Below, one piece after another: positions 19,500 to 29,270 of a DNA stretch of 64,000 bases. The notes below the pieces were generated by a model. The model worked only from the letters and a program-made list of their open reading frames with translations. It was not told where the DNA came from and did not search any database. The position numbers and the translations under genes are program-made. The stretch comes from Syntrophales bacterium (GTDB lineage: Bacteria; Desulfobacterota; Syntrophia; Syntrophales; UBA2210), in the NCBI GenBank assembly GCA_963662405.2, contig CAXXKT010000001.1:2368001-2432000 (forward strand), written 5' to 3'. Each line of letters begins with the position of its first letter. The first letter of the stretch is position 1.

Positions 19500-19754
19500 C
19501 TAGCCATTTGAGCAGATCAAGACACGCTCGTGGCACTTTTTGCATCGCTCGATCGCGTGGTCCTCTGAAAAAACATCCCAGTGATGTTTTTGGTTTTTGT
19601 TCAGTATTCCGGAACCCCCGCAGAGCGGACACACACTCCCCAAGGCCTCGACGAGTGCCGAACGGATAAATGCAGACCGGTTCGGAATGTTCTGGATGGC
19701 GCTGAACAGTTCGTCATCCACTTTAAAGGTAATGATGCTCTGTTTCTTGTTCAT
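19500..19754 (-). CDS. Ribbon-helix-helix (CopG-like) regulator with C-terminal Cys/His metal-binding domain
   Basis: IITFKVDDEL..NRSAFIRSAL RHH pattern; CPLC, HHW, CKKCH, terminal C. Confidence 0.8.
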   Translation of the reverse strand: MNKKQSIITFKVDDELFSAIQNIPNRSAFIRSALVEALGSVCPLCGGSGILNKNQKHHWDVFSEDHAIERCKKCHERVLICSNG

Positions 19755-19811
19755 TTCTATTCACCTCCTATCGAGGGGTCCCAGTCTACCGGTTGGGCAC
19801 CTCAATACCAA

Positions 19812-19857
19812 TTATTACAAAGTAATAAATTATTATCATGTAATACCTCAAAGTCAA
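19812..19857 (-). promoter_or_regulatory. Sigma70 promoter overlapped by two tandem palindromic operators
   Basis: TTATTAC-AAA-GTAATAA (19812-19828), TTATTAT-CAT-GTAATAC (19830-19846); minus-strand TTGACT-17-AATAAT. Confidence 0.7.
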
Positions 19858-19902
19858 GCAAAAAAGATTGCACGGAAACTTGGGAGGATTTTTTCTAAAG
19901 AA

Positions 19903-19930
19903 TTGACATTATGAGAGCCCTGAATAAAAT
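19903..19930 (+). promoter_or_regulatory. Sigma70-like promoter with no intact downstream gene
   Basis: TTGACA-16-TAAAAT. Confidence 0.5.
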
Positions 19931-20004
19931 AGGCTATGTTGAAAGTACTTCATGGGGAATTCGGGGGACACAATGATCTTCCCCCAGAAAAACGGACACC
20001 TAGG

Positions 20005-20897
20005 TTAGGGGACAACCCCGGCGTTTTCAAATGCCAGGGGGCTTCTGTACTTTAACGCAGAATGTCTGCGCGTGCGATTATAAAACAGCTCAATATAATC
20101 AAAAAGGCTCGTTCTAGCTTCCGATCGTGTTTTGTAATCCTCAAAACCAACCCACTCGGTCTTCAAAGAATGAAAGAAACTTTCCATCGGTGCGTTATCC
20201 CAACAGTTGCCTCTCCGGCTCATACTGCAGATGACACCCAAATTGTTCAGTAGGTACTGATACGATGTCGAAGCATATTGCGCACCCTGATCGGAATGTA
20301 AAAGCACCCCCTGGATATCTCCCCGATGAGCAGCCGCCATCTTTAATGCGTCTACGGCGAGTTGTGCACTATTTCTGTCTCCCATCGACCAACCTACAAT
20401 CATTCGGGAATACAGATCCATAATCGCTGACACATACAACCAGCCTTTGCGAGTGGGTCTAAAGGTCACATCGGATACCCACTTCTGATTCGGCTTCTCT
20501 GAAGAAAATATCCTTCCCAGTATGTTCTCAGCCGGTCTTTTCGTCCTCCTTGAATCGGTTGTAACGACAAAGCGCTTATGAACCTTCGATTGAATATCGG
20601 CTTTGCGCATCAAAAAAGCCACGGTGTTTCTACCGACTCTTTCGCCTTGATCAACCAACTCCCCATGAATCCGTGGCGAGCCGTATATCTTCCTGCTGGC
20701 TATATGCGCCCGCCTTATCTTCACCAGCAAATCCCGGTGTCGCTTTGTTCGTAAACTCTCCGGACGACCCAACCAACCATAATAGCCACTCCGGGATACC
20801 TCCAGAACCCGACACATCACCGCCACACTGAAATGCGTTCTCTGCGACCGAATAAACTGATACTTTACTTCAACTCGCGCGCAAAGAACGCTGCGGC
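20005..20897 (-). CDS. IS3-family OrfB, reached by -1 frameshift at A7G (20897-20904)
   Basis: WVSDVT, HSDQGAQY, GNCWDNAPMESF; -1 frame open from the A-run. Confidence 0.9.
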
Positions 20898-21170
20898 TTT
20901 TTTTAAGATTTCATTCTCTTCCTTTACTTTGGCTAACTCATGCCGTAATCGACGGGTCTCGTCCGCTGCGGTCCCGCTTGCTGGGCGTCGTCCGGATCCG
21001 GGAAACGCACCGCCACCCGCTCTATCCACCGTCTCTTTCCACTTATACAACTGGTTCCTTCGTATCCCCAACTCACGGGCCAGTTCAGCAGGTGGCTTTT
21101 TCCCCTCGTCCATCAATCGCACTGCTTCAAGCTTAAACTCCCGGCTAAATGCCTGTCGCTTCCCTCTCAT
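20865..21170 (-). CDS. IS3-family OrfA
   Basis: FSREFKLEAV..ENEILKKAAAFFA. Confidence 0.92.
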   Translation of the reverse strand: MRGKRQAFSREFKLEAVRLMDEGKKPPAELARELGIRRNQLYKWKETVDRAGGGAFPGSGRRPASGTAADETRRLRHELAKVKEENEILKKAAAFFARELK

Positions 21171-21453
21171 CGGACACTCCTTTCTTCTCCATTGTATACG
21201 CATCCGGATACTTTTTGAAGTGTCCGTTAAACTGGGGAAGGTTCAGCTTACCTATTTCCCTTGAGAGATGTTCGATGCAGATTGCAGAAAGTTACGGCTT
21301 CCCCCTTTAAACTGATTTTCAAGAAAACACCATCCCGGGATACCTTATGTGTACGCGCTGTCAAACGCGTGCCGAGGAGCTTGTACCATGTCGAAGCTGA
21401 TACCCGCCGGGAGTATGTGCCGTTCGGACATTATACTCCCGGCGGATATGTCA

Positions 21454-22665
21454 CTATGCCTTGTAATAGGGTGTTTCGGTCATATCCTTGGCCCGCACAC
21501 CCTTGGCGTAGGCCGCTTTGCCCACCACAAATTCTTCTTCCGGAGCCGTTGTCGTTGTGATGCCGATGTTTTGGTAGGTTTTCCGAATCAGCTTGCGCGC
21601 CGCCGCATCCAGATCCGGAACGAAGTTGTGTTTATAGTGAAAATCGGGGAAGAGGCCGCCGTTGCCGCCGACACACCACTGGAAGTACTTGTTGTGGGCC
21701 CAGGGATGAATGCCTCTCAGGATTAAGGGCATCTGCAGCTTGAAAAAGGCGTCATGAGCGGGCTCCAACTGGTTATATATCTTTATCGCTTGATCGTATT
21801 TCCCGTCACCAAAGAGTTTCATCATCTCGACGCCATACTGCTTTTCCGGAGACTGCACCGCCTCGACATTCCACTGTCCGCTCCACTGCATATGGAATTG
21901 CTTTGCCAGGGACGGCACAAAATCCAGGTTGGTCAGTCCGACATGCAGCCTGTCGCTCACCGTCTCACAGAGCTGGACGCTGGCGGTGAGGCTCACCGGT
22001 TGCGAAACCTTTACCGCTACGACATTGGGCAGATCCGCCAGGCGATCAAAGACCCTGAGGGGAAGGCCGTTTGGACCGAACTTGTTGTAGGCGGGGACAA
22101 CATTCGCGTAGAGCACGACGGGCAGAGAGGTGGCAGTGATCCGCTGAACGTAGGCCTCGTACAGTTTTTCTTCCGTTTTAGGGCGAAAGAAAGGAATGAG
22201 GTGGGGCGCAATCAGGAGGTGCGTGCAACCCGTCTTTTCGCAGAATCTGATCATTTCCAGATCGGCCGCCAGCGGTTTCCCGATCACCGTGGCCCCGACC
22301 ATGATCTTACCCTGTGCCTCGTCGCAGGCTATCTTGATCAGTTGATGATGTTTCTCCAGACTCCTGCCGATACCGGCGGCAAAGCAGAAGACCGAAAAGA
22401 AACCGTGACGGATGCTGTTGCGGACGTCGTTGCGTATGCCTTCTTCGTCGAGGGTACTGAGATCCGTCTGAAAAGAAGGCATGAGCAGCGCCTCCATGCC
22501 CTTATAGTGCTCCCTGGCCCACTCTTTTTGCTGGCTGAGCTTGATTTTCTTGATGGCCGGGGCAGCCGGTTTCTGTTCGGCAAAGGCCGATGAAATACCC
22601 ATCGTTAACCCGGCAGTCGCGACACCTCCCGCGGCCAGCACCTTCATGAATGCTCTTCTTTCCAT
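21454..22665 (-). CDS. DapA/DHDPS-family aldolase/lyase with twin-arginine signal peptide
   Basis: MERRAFMK + hydrophobic stretch + AFA cleavage site; LDEEGIR, PVVLY, NVVAVK (Schiff-base Lys). Confidence 0.8.
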   Translation of the reverse strand: MERRAFMKVLAAGGVATAGLTMGISSAFAEQKPAAPAIKKIKLSQQKEWAREHYKGMEALLMPSFQTDLSTLDEEGIRNDVRNSIRHGFFSVFCFAAGIGRSLEKHHQLIKIACDEAQGKIMVGATVIGKPLAADLEMIRFCEKTGCTHLLIAPHLIPFFRPKTEEKLYEAYVQRITATSLPVVLYANVVPAYNKFGPNGLPLRVFDRLADLPNVVAVKVSQPVSLTASVQLCETVSDRLHVGLTNLDFVPSLAKQFHMQWSGQWNVEAVQSPEKQYGVEMMKLFGDGKYDQAIKIYNQLEPAHDAFFKLQMPLILRGIHPWAHNKYFQWCVGGNGGLFPDFHYKHNFVPDLDAAARKLIRKTYQNIGITTTTAPEEEFVVGKAAYAKGVRAKDMTETPYYKA

Positions 22666-22739
22666 GTGTTCCCCCTGTCTGTGTTTCATCAGGATTGATC
22701 TTTCGGGACCTGACGTACTGCCATGTATCGCTGGAACGG

Positions 22740-24263
22740 TTACTGACATTTTTCACACCCTTCACGGCCCAGCTTACGGTATTCTTCGTCACTCCAGACG
22801 GGTTTCCCCCCGAAGATTGCCTTGTATATCTTGCAGTGATTGCACTGATCCGTGAAGGTGCGATCATTCAGGATATCCTGTTTGAGACTTTCTTGGGTGA
22901 CCTCCTCGGAAGACATGCGGATGCCGCCATCCGCAGGGGTGTCAAAGATGATCATCTTTTCCGCACCCGCCGCGCTGTTCCAGGGTTTCCACCGCACCTC
23001 ACCGCCGTCCCTGCCTGTGCCGGGATTGCCCCGATAGGCAAACTCCGTCCAGTAAGACATCATGCTGGCCGACAGCGCGCGTCGGGCCGGTATGTTCTTG
23101 TTGCCCAGCGGTACGAGAAAGCGTATTTCCTGGCCGAAGACGAACGGGATTTCCACCGTGTGACCGGCACCGATGGCCACAGACATATCCCATGTGCCCA
23201 GCATGCCTTGCTCGTCCCAATCGAAACGATACACATAGAGATCATGGTGTCCTCCCTTTTTCATGGCGCGGGCGATATCATCCACACCGCGCTGCTTCCA
23301 GGCCATCGATCCGTACGTGGTGAAGCGCACGTAATCCCCCGGATCGGTCGCCAGTACTGTTCCCCAGTACGAATCATTAAAGAGATACGTGCGTCGTTCA
23401 TCTCGGTTGGTTCCAATGATAAGCGGCACTTTATTGAACATGCCGGTCTCGAATGCCTTGATTTCAGGCTCCACCGACAGGACGTATCCGTCGCCGAACA
23501 GGCGCGGGGCAGGGTAGAGGCGCATGCCCGTGGGATTCATGATTTTGTATATCTGTGCCGGTGTCTGGCTGTAGAGGAGTTGCCGGATTTCCTGGTCTGA
23601 CATGGCCATCTGCTTGGCTTTTGCTTCCGTGCGGTTCCCGGCCTTGCCGTCGCGGATCAGGATCTTGTTGACCACTTCCTTTGCGCTGTTGGACGATCCG
23701 GGCACGGCATCGTCGGAATAATTCACCATGGTGTAGAGCGGCATCTTCTGCAGGACACCGCTCTGGGCGATGGCGCGGTGAAAGAGGCCCTTTGCACGGG
23801 GTGAACCGAGGAGGGAGAGGACGTTGACGGCGCCGGCCGATTCACCGAAAATGGTGACATTGCCGGGTGCGTACACGTTCAGGTACAGGCAATCTTCGGA
23901 ACCGATAAAACCGTCTTTCGCCATTATTCCCCCTGCCAGAAAGGAGCTCTGGAAACAGGCATCGCAGTATTGGGTGGCGGCGAATCGTCCCGTCCAGGGT
24001 TTCGGTGGACGCGGGGCCTTCCAGCGGAGGTCGCCCATCGGCGGCTCCGCGAAGGGGATGCCGAGCCAGACCAGCGCGCCGTTGGCGGCCACCTTCCCGG
24101 TCAGCTCGCCTTGGGCGATATGGCGCAGCGTTGCCTTTTCCGCCGTACTCACTGCTTGACTTTGAACGGATTCCTCCGCCTGAGCGCTGTGTAGCACTCC
24201 CACCGGGAAGGCGCTGAACATCAGGCACACAATGGAAAGAAGACAGAACAATACATGATTCAT
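22740..24263 (-). pseudogene. Secreted type-B carboxylesterase with probable in-frame internal deletion
   Basis: GIPFAEPP, SEDCLYLNV directly joined to NVTIFGESAG; HGG oxyanion and NYRLG segments absent. Confidence 0.7.
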
Positions 24264-24375
24264 AACATGCCTCCTTGAGATATTATTAGGTCTCTCGGTT
24301 CTGGTGAATAAATCTTTTTTACGTGATGATGGCTGACGACTTGGGTATGTGAAAATTATGTCTAAAATTGCATAT

Positions 24376-24391
24376 AGCAATATGTTTGCCA
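24376..24391 (-). promoter_or_regulatory. Sigma54 -24/-12 promoter (esterase/aldolase operon)
   Basis: TGGCAAACATATTGCT. Confidence 0.8.
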
Positions 24392-24476
24392 CAACGGCAT
24401 TGGCGCTGCAAAAGGAGGTAAAACGATCAAATACAAGGGGTTGGGAATGTCAAAAGGGGGGAGGGTACTGTGTTGT

Positions 24477-24524
24477 CACTGTAATGCCTGTAATGGAGGT
24501 TGTAGCGTTACAGTGACTGTTACA
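24477..24524. promoter_or_regulatory. Putative upstream activator sequence A
   Basis: TGTAGCGTTACAGTGACTGTTACA (24501-24524) plus CACTGTAATGCCTGTAA, shared with site B. Confidence 0.7.
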
Positions 24525-24550
24525 TCACATTGCATTTCCTTTCCCCTCTC

Positions 24551-26083
24551 TCACAAGGGGATATTGCCGTGTTTTTTGGGGGGAACCGTTCTTTTGACAT
24601 TCTTGTACGTGCTCAGCTGATCGATGAGATAGGGCCGCAACACCGCCGGATCGATGACGTCGTTTATAAGACCGACGGCAGCGGGACCATAGGGGTGGGA
24701 AAAACGTTCACGAAGCGCTTGAATGATCTCTTCCCGGCGCTTTTCCGGATCTTCCGCGTGGGCAACGTCGCCGGCAAAAAGCAGATTCACGGTTGCCTCC
24801 GGGCCCATGACCCCGAATTCCGCCGTGGGTAGCGCCACGATGAAATCCGCTCCCAGTCCTTGGGCGCACATGGCCGAATAGGCGCCGCCGTATGCCTTGC
24901 GAACCACGATCGTGAGCTTGGGCACCGTGGCTTCCGCGTAGGCGTACAGGAGCTTTGCCCCGTGGCGGATGATGGCCCCCTGCTCCTGCTGAGTGCCCGG
25001 GAGATAGCCGGGGCAGTCCACAAAGGTCAGAAGCGGAATATTGAAGGCGTTGCAAAATCGGATGAATCGCGCCGCCTTGACCGAGGCGTTGATGTCGAGA
25101 CAACCGGCCATATGAATCGGCTGGTTGGCGATGATCCCCACGGTCTCACCATCCATCCGGGCAAAGCCGACGCAGATATTCCGGGCAAAGTTGGCATGCA
25201 CTTCGAGGAAATCGCCCCGGTCGACAATCATACGGATGAGCTTCCGTATATCGTAACTTTTGGCGGAGTTGACCGGGACAACATGGCGCAGATCGTCATC
25301 CGTCCGGTCGGCCGGGTCCCCCGAATCCACTCTCGGCGGTTGTTCCTGCGAGTTCAACGGGAGATAGCTCACAAGCCTTCTCACCATCTCCATGCACTCC
25401 TCTTCGCTCTCCGCCACGAAGTGGGCTGCTCCCGTCTTGGCGGCATGGATGTCCGCCGACCCCAGGTTTTCTTTGGTGACCTCCTCGCCGGTGACCGTCT
25501 TGACCACATCCGGTCCGGTAATAAACATGAGGCTGACACCCTTGACCATAAAGACGAAATCGGTCAGGGCCGGAGAATAGACGGCGCCGCCGGCGCAGGA
25601 ACCCAGAATGACCGATATCTGCGGTACATAGCCGGACAGCTGCGTGTTCCTGAAAAAGATATCCGTATAGCCGCTTGATCCCGAATCGTTGACGCGGGCG
25701 CCCGCCGAATCATTCATGCCGATAACCGGCACACCCGTTTTCAGGGATTGGTCGAGGATATGACAGATCTTTTTGGCGTGGACTCCCCCCAGCGATCCCC
25801 CCATGACGGTAAAATCCTGTGAAAAGAGAAAAACCGGTCTTGTATCGATCAGACCTTTTCCGGTCACCACCGCGTCACAGACCATCTCTTTTTTGTCCAG
25901 ATCTCTCATGAACATGTCGTGTTCGGAAAAAGTTCCGGCGTCAATGAGCAGATTGATTCTCTCCCGTGCCGTCAGTTTCCCCTTCTCGTGCTGCTGCCGG
26001 ATCTTCTTCGTTCCGCCCCCCAGCCGGGCCTTTTCTCTTTTTTGTTGTAACGATTCGATTTTATTCTCTATGGTTTCCACCAT
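24551..26083 (-). CDS. Acyl-CoA carboxylase/decarboxylase carboxyltransferase subunit (PccB/MmdA-like)
   Basis: GKLTARERI, QDFTVMGGSLG, CAGGAVYSPALTD, RKAYGGAY, KKHGNIPL. Confidence 0.93.
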   Translation of the reverse strand: MVETIENKIESLQQKREKARLGGGTKKIRQQHEKGKLTARERINLLIDAGTFSEHDMFMRDLDKKEMVCDAVVTGKGLIDTRPVFLFSQDFTVMGGSLGGVHAKKICHILDQSLKTGVPVIGMNDSAGARVNDSGSSGYTDIFFRNTQLSGYVPQISVILGSCAGGAVYSPALTDFVFMVKGVSLMFITGPDVVKTVTGEEVTKENLGSADIHAAKTGAAHFVAESEEECMEMVRRLVSYLPLNSQEQPPRVDSGDPADRTDDDLRHVVPVNSAKSYDIRKLIRMIVDRGDFLEVHANFARNICVGFARMDGETVGIIANQPIHMAGCLDINASVKAARFIRFCNAFNIPLLTFVDCPGYLPGTQQEQGAIIRHGAKLLYAYAEATVPKLTIVVRKAYGGAYSAMCAQGLGADFIVALPTAEFGVMGPEATVNLLFAGDVAHAEDPEKRREEIIQALRERFSHPYGPAAVGLINDVIDPAVLRPYLIDQLSTYKNVKRTVPPKKHGNIPL

Positions 26084-26181
26084 CCACCTCCGCACAACGG
26101 CGTCGTGTTTCAGTCTGTGTATGAGCTTTTATACGACAACGATGATCGATTGGTTGATATTCGACCGATCCGCATTGATTA

Positions 26182-26197
26182 TGCAAGCATACTGCCA
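26182..26197 (-). promoter_or_regulatory. Sigma54 -24/-12 promoter (carboxyltransferase)
   Basis: TGGCAGTATGCTTGCA. Confidence 0.8.
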
Positions 26198-26283
26198 GAA
26201 TGAAACATGAAGGGAGGTAAGGAGATAAAGATAATAAATACGAAATGATACGCTTTTACAGTAGTGGTTCTTACGCCATACGC

Positions 26284-26331
26284 CAGTGTAGCACCTGTAA
26301 CAGGCACAGTTCCATTACTGCGTCTGTTACA
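26284..26331. promoter_or_regulatory. Putative upstream activator sequence B
   Basis: AGTTCCATTACTGCGTCTGTTACA (26308-26331) plus CAGTGTAGCACCTGTAA. Confidence 0.65.
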
Positions 26332-26346
26332 CTTCAGGCTGTGTTA

Positions 26347-28272
26347 TCACTGTTCCGATTGAACGCCGGTAGTTGACTGATTTTGCTTTTTCATTTTTCT
26401 GTAGAGGGTTGTGCGCGAAATACCCAACATTTTTGCGGCTGCTGATTTGTTGCCATCCAACGTATCGAGGGCTTGATGGATATCCTCGTCTTTAACGGAC
26501 GGCATTTGGGTCGAAACCTGATGTGCATTGGTTTTTGCCTGTGAGTGCGGTCTTACCGTGAAACAATCCTGCAGAATGCGGATATAGGCATCTACCTCCA
26601 GTTTTACATTTTGCACCAGAACGGAAAAACGCTCTACAACATTTTCAAGTTCACGAATATTGCCCGGCCATGAATAGCGTTGAAGGATCTGAAAAATCTC
26701 GGCACATGGTCCCTCGAATACGCGTGACAGGGACGGTGACTTTCTCACCAGTATGGACCGGATCAGCTCGGGAATATCCTCCAGATGATCCCTCAGGGGA
26801 GGCAGTTGCAGCTCCAGCACATTTAACCGGTAATAGAGGTCCTGTCTGAATTTTCCTGATTGGACAAGCCCCCAGAGATCCTGGTTTGTCGCTGCGATTA
26901 TCCGGACATCGATGGGAATAAGCCGGTCACCGCCAATTCTCATAACTTCTTTTTCCTGTAAAACACGCAATAGGCGAACTTGAACGGAAGGGAGAATCTC
27001 TCCGACCTCATCCAGAAAGATGGTGCCGCTGTGGGCCATTTCAAACAGGCCGATTTTCCCTTCCGCTTTCGCTCCCGTGAAAGACCCTCTTTCATACCCG
27101 AAAAGTTCGCTGTCCAGCAGGGATTCCGTCAGCGCCCCGCAATTAATAGATACGAAGGGACGGAGACGGCGCGAACTGCTGTTGTGAATGCCCTGGGCGA
27201 TCAATTCCTTGCCGGTTCCCGTTTCCCCGGTAATCAATACGGCTGAATCAGACATGGCAAACATCTTGGCCTTATCGATGGTCCGGCGAAGGACGGCACT
27301 GTTGCCGGCAATATCATCAAACGTGTATTGGGTAACGAATCTTTTTTTAAACAGATCACGGCGGATTTTCTCCTCCGCTTTTCGAATGGATTCCGCGTCA
27401 TGAAGGACGGTCACCTGGCCGTAACACTGGTTATTCACTTTTATCGGGACGGAGCTGAAAATAAGAGATTTTTTGCCATAATTGCCTAATTGATTCAATC
27501 GAGGCAGGAAGTTGCCTTCTTCCTCCTCCAGCTTCAAATCGGGAAAGATGTCTTCAATCTTTTTCCCGATTACGGTCTCCGCCTTTACCCCCAGCGTCTT
27601 CTCCGCCGCCGGATTAAAGGTGGAGATATGGGATCTCCTGTCAAGGCCAATAATACCTGTGTAACTATAATCAACAATGGATTTAAAGGTTTCCGCCCGC
27701 TCTGTCTCCTTCAGGTACCGGGTTATCATCTGAACGGCAAAGCTCAAAGCCTCCCGCATACCCTCCGATGAATAGATAAAGATGCTTTTTATCCCGAATT
27801 TCTCCGCCTGATCACAAACCAGACTGCTGCCAATAACCACCTTACACCCCTCGGCCTTCAGCTTCATGAATATATCGGTGAGTTCTTCAGGGCGGCGAAA
27901 ACTGAGCTGGCGGAGCTTGATATTCAGCAAGAAAGTATATTTTTCTAATTCATTAATATCCTTCATAAAATTGATAATCGTGATCTCCCGGGAATAGGCG
28001 ATGGCCTCACCGATGGACCGCAATAATTCAAATCCGGTGATCTTGACCGGAATTGACCTGACAGCATGGCGGGTATGGAGGAAGAGGGATGTCTGATATC
28101 CGCAGACAAGGACATCGGATGGTTTCAGCTTTGGCGGGGCATCACCCGGCATAAATACATGGGAAGGGATGAGTTCCACTTTCACGCCGGGTGGAATATC
28201 CGTTTCCTTCAAAATGCTTCGGGCAAGGGTGAGCATCATATCATAACCCATGATAATGATCTTCGGATTCAT
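26347..28272 (-). CDS. PrpR-like sigma54-dependent activator (PrpR_N, PAS, AAA+, Fis-HTH)
   Basis: GETGTGKE, ELFGYERGSFTGA, WPGNIREL, LGISRTTLYRK. Confidence 0.92.
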   Translation of the reverse strand: MNPKIIIMGYDMMLTLARSILKETDIPPGVKVELIPSHVFMPGDAPPKLKPSDVLVCGYQTSLFLHTRHAVRSIPVKITGFELLRSIGEAIAYSREITIINFMKDINELEKYTFLLNIKLRQLSFRRPEELTDIFMKLKAEGCKVVIGSSLVCDQAEKFGIKSIFIYSSEGMREALSFAVQMITRYLKETERAETFKSIVDYSYTGIIGLDRRSHISTFNPAAEKTLGVKAETVIGKKIEDIFPDLKLEEEEGNFLPRLNQLGNYGKKSLIFSSVPIKVNNQCYGQVTVLHDAESIRKAEEKIRRDLFKKRFVTQYTFDDIAGNSAVLRRTIDKAKMFAMSDSAVLITGETGTGKELIAQGIHNSSSRRLRPFVSINCGALTESLLDSELFGYERGSFTGAKAEGKIGLFEMAHSGTIFLDEVGEILPSVQVRLLRVLQEKEVMRIGGDRLIPIDVRIIAATNQDLWGLVQSGKFRQDLYYRLNVLELQLPPLRDHLEDIPELIRSILVRKSPSLSRVFEGPCAEIFQILQRYSWPGNIRELENVVERFSVLVQNVKLEVDAYIRILQDCFTVRPHSQAKTNAHQVSTQMPSVKDEDIHQALDTLDGNKSAAAKMLGISRTTLYRKMKKQNQSTTGVQSEQ

Positions 28273-28305
28273 CGGGCACCCTTCCTCCTCTGTGTGTCAT
28301 TGTCA

Positions 28306-28329
28306 TGTAACGCTACTGTATCTGTTACA
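28306..28329. promoter_or_regulatory. Putative upstream activator sequence C
   Basis: TGTAAC-N12-GTTACA perfect inverted half-sites (TGTAACGCTACTGTATCTGTTACA). Confidence 0.7.
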
Positions 28330-28429
28330 GAGTTACACACCCCTATCATATTGCATCGCCCTTGTCCAATACATCGTATCCTGTTATTTTCAATAATAAT
28401 AATTATTTTTTTTGCTCAATATCATTATC

Positions 28430-28445
28430 TGGCAATATGATTGCA
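28430..28445 (+). promoter_or_regulatory. Sigma54 -24/-12 promoter (TRAP operon)
   Basis: TGGCAATATGATTGCA. Confidence 0.8.
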
Positions 28446-28690
28446 TAAACGTCTAGCCCATGCATGTTGCATAAAGACTCATGCGAAGTTATTATGTCCG
28501 TCCTTATAAATATAAGGCAGGGAATAGGCACATTCGCCAGAGGGATGTGTCGTGTATGTTGGGGGAAACGGGAAAATCTGCAGCAAAATTCGTAAAGTAT
28601 TAGTAAAAAATGGCTGTGTGGTTCACACCCCTGTTTCTCGTTGTTACAACTTCTACACAGCGGATTGTATGATTCATTGAAGGAGGGGCA

Positions 28691-29221
28691 ATGGGTAACT
28701 CTTCGAAAGGTGTGTTTGGCTTTGCTGCTGATTGTATAGATAGAATCAGCAATGTGTCGGGACTGGCAGCGGCCTGTTTTAATATCGCCCTGTGTATTCT
28801 TGTCTTTATCGGCGTCTTTTCCCGCTACCTCTTCAACCATCCCATCGAGTGGCGCGATGAGGTCTGTCAGTATATCTTTATCTGGGCCAATCTTCTGGCG
28901 CTCTGTTACGCCACGTATCACGAATCTCATGTCTCCTCTGATATGCTCTATGAACGGATGCCGCCCCGTGCGCAGTATATCCTGACGATGATCGGCTATT
29001 GTCTGGTCCTGATCTGTATCGTTTTTGTCACCTACTATGGTTTTCGAACGCTGTGGACCTACTACAACGGCGAATGGAGGTCGGAAACGATCTATGAAAT
29101 GCTTCTTTGGCCGGTCATGGCGATAGTCCCTGTCGGGTTTCTACTCTTCGGCCTGCAATGTCTTGCCACCATGCGCAGGCTGGTTATCCGGATGAAGACG
29201 ACAGGTTCCATAAGGAAGTAG
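28691..29221 (+). CDS. dctQ: TRAP transporter small permease
   Basis: 4 TM; RYLFNHPIEWRDE, HVSSD. Confidence 0.9.
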   Translation: MGNSSKGVFGFAADCIDRISNVSGLAAACFNIALCILVFIGVFSRYLFNHPIEWRDEVCQYIFIWANLLALCYATYHESHVSSDMLYERMPPRAQYILTMIGYCLVLICIVFVTYYGFRTLWTYYNGEWRSETIYEMLLWPVMAIVPVGFLLFGLQCLATMRRLVIRMKTTGSIRK

Positions 29222-29270
29222 TATCCAATTATAATTCAATTGATAATTCAATAGTTGGGGGGTAGTTATC

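Larger units (their letters stand above)
19974..21245 (-). mobile_element. IS3-family element, second type (1272 bp)
   Basis: TG..CA ends with 26-bp imperfect IRs (TGATCTTCCCCCAGAAAAACGGACAC / TGAACCTTCCCCAGTTTAACGGACAC); no target duplication. Confidence 0.93.

Noticed and set aside
13437..21245. znu operon as a composite transposon
   Set aside because: Flanking ISs are different elements and no shared target duplication brackets the unit
22740..22850. CNHCK / CEKCQ in the esterase tail as heme-binding motifs
   Set aside because: No CxxCH and no cytochrome context; more likely disulfides or chance
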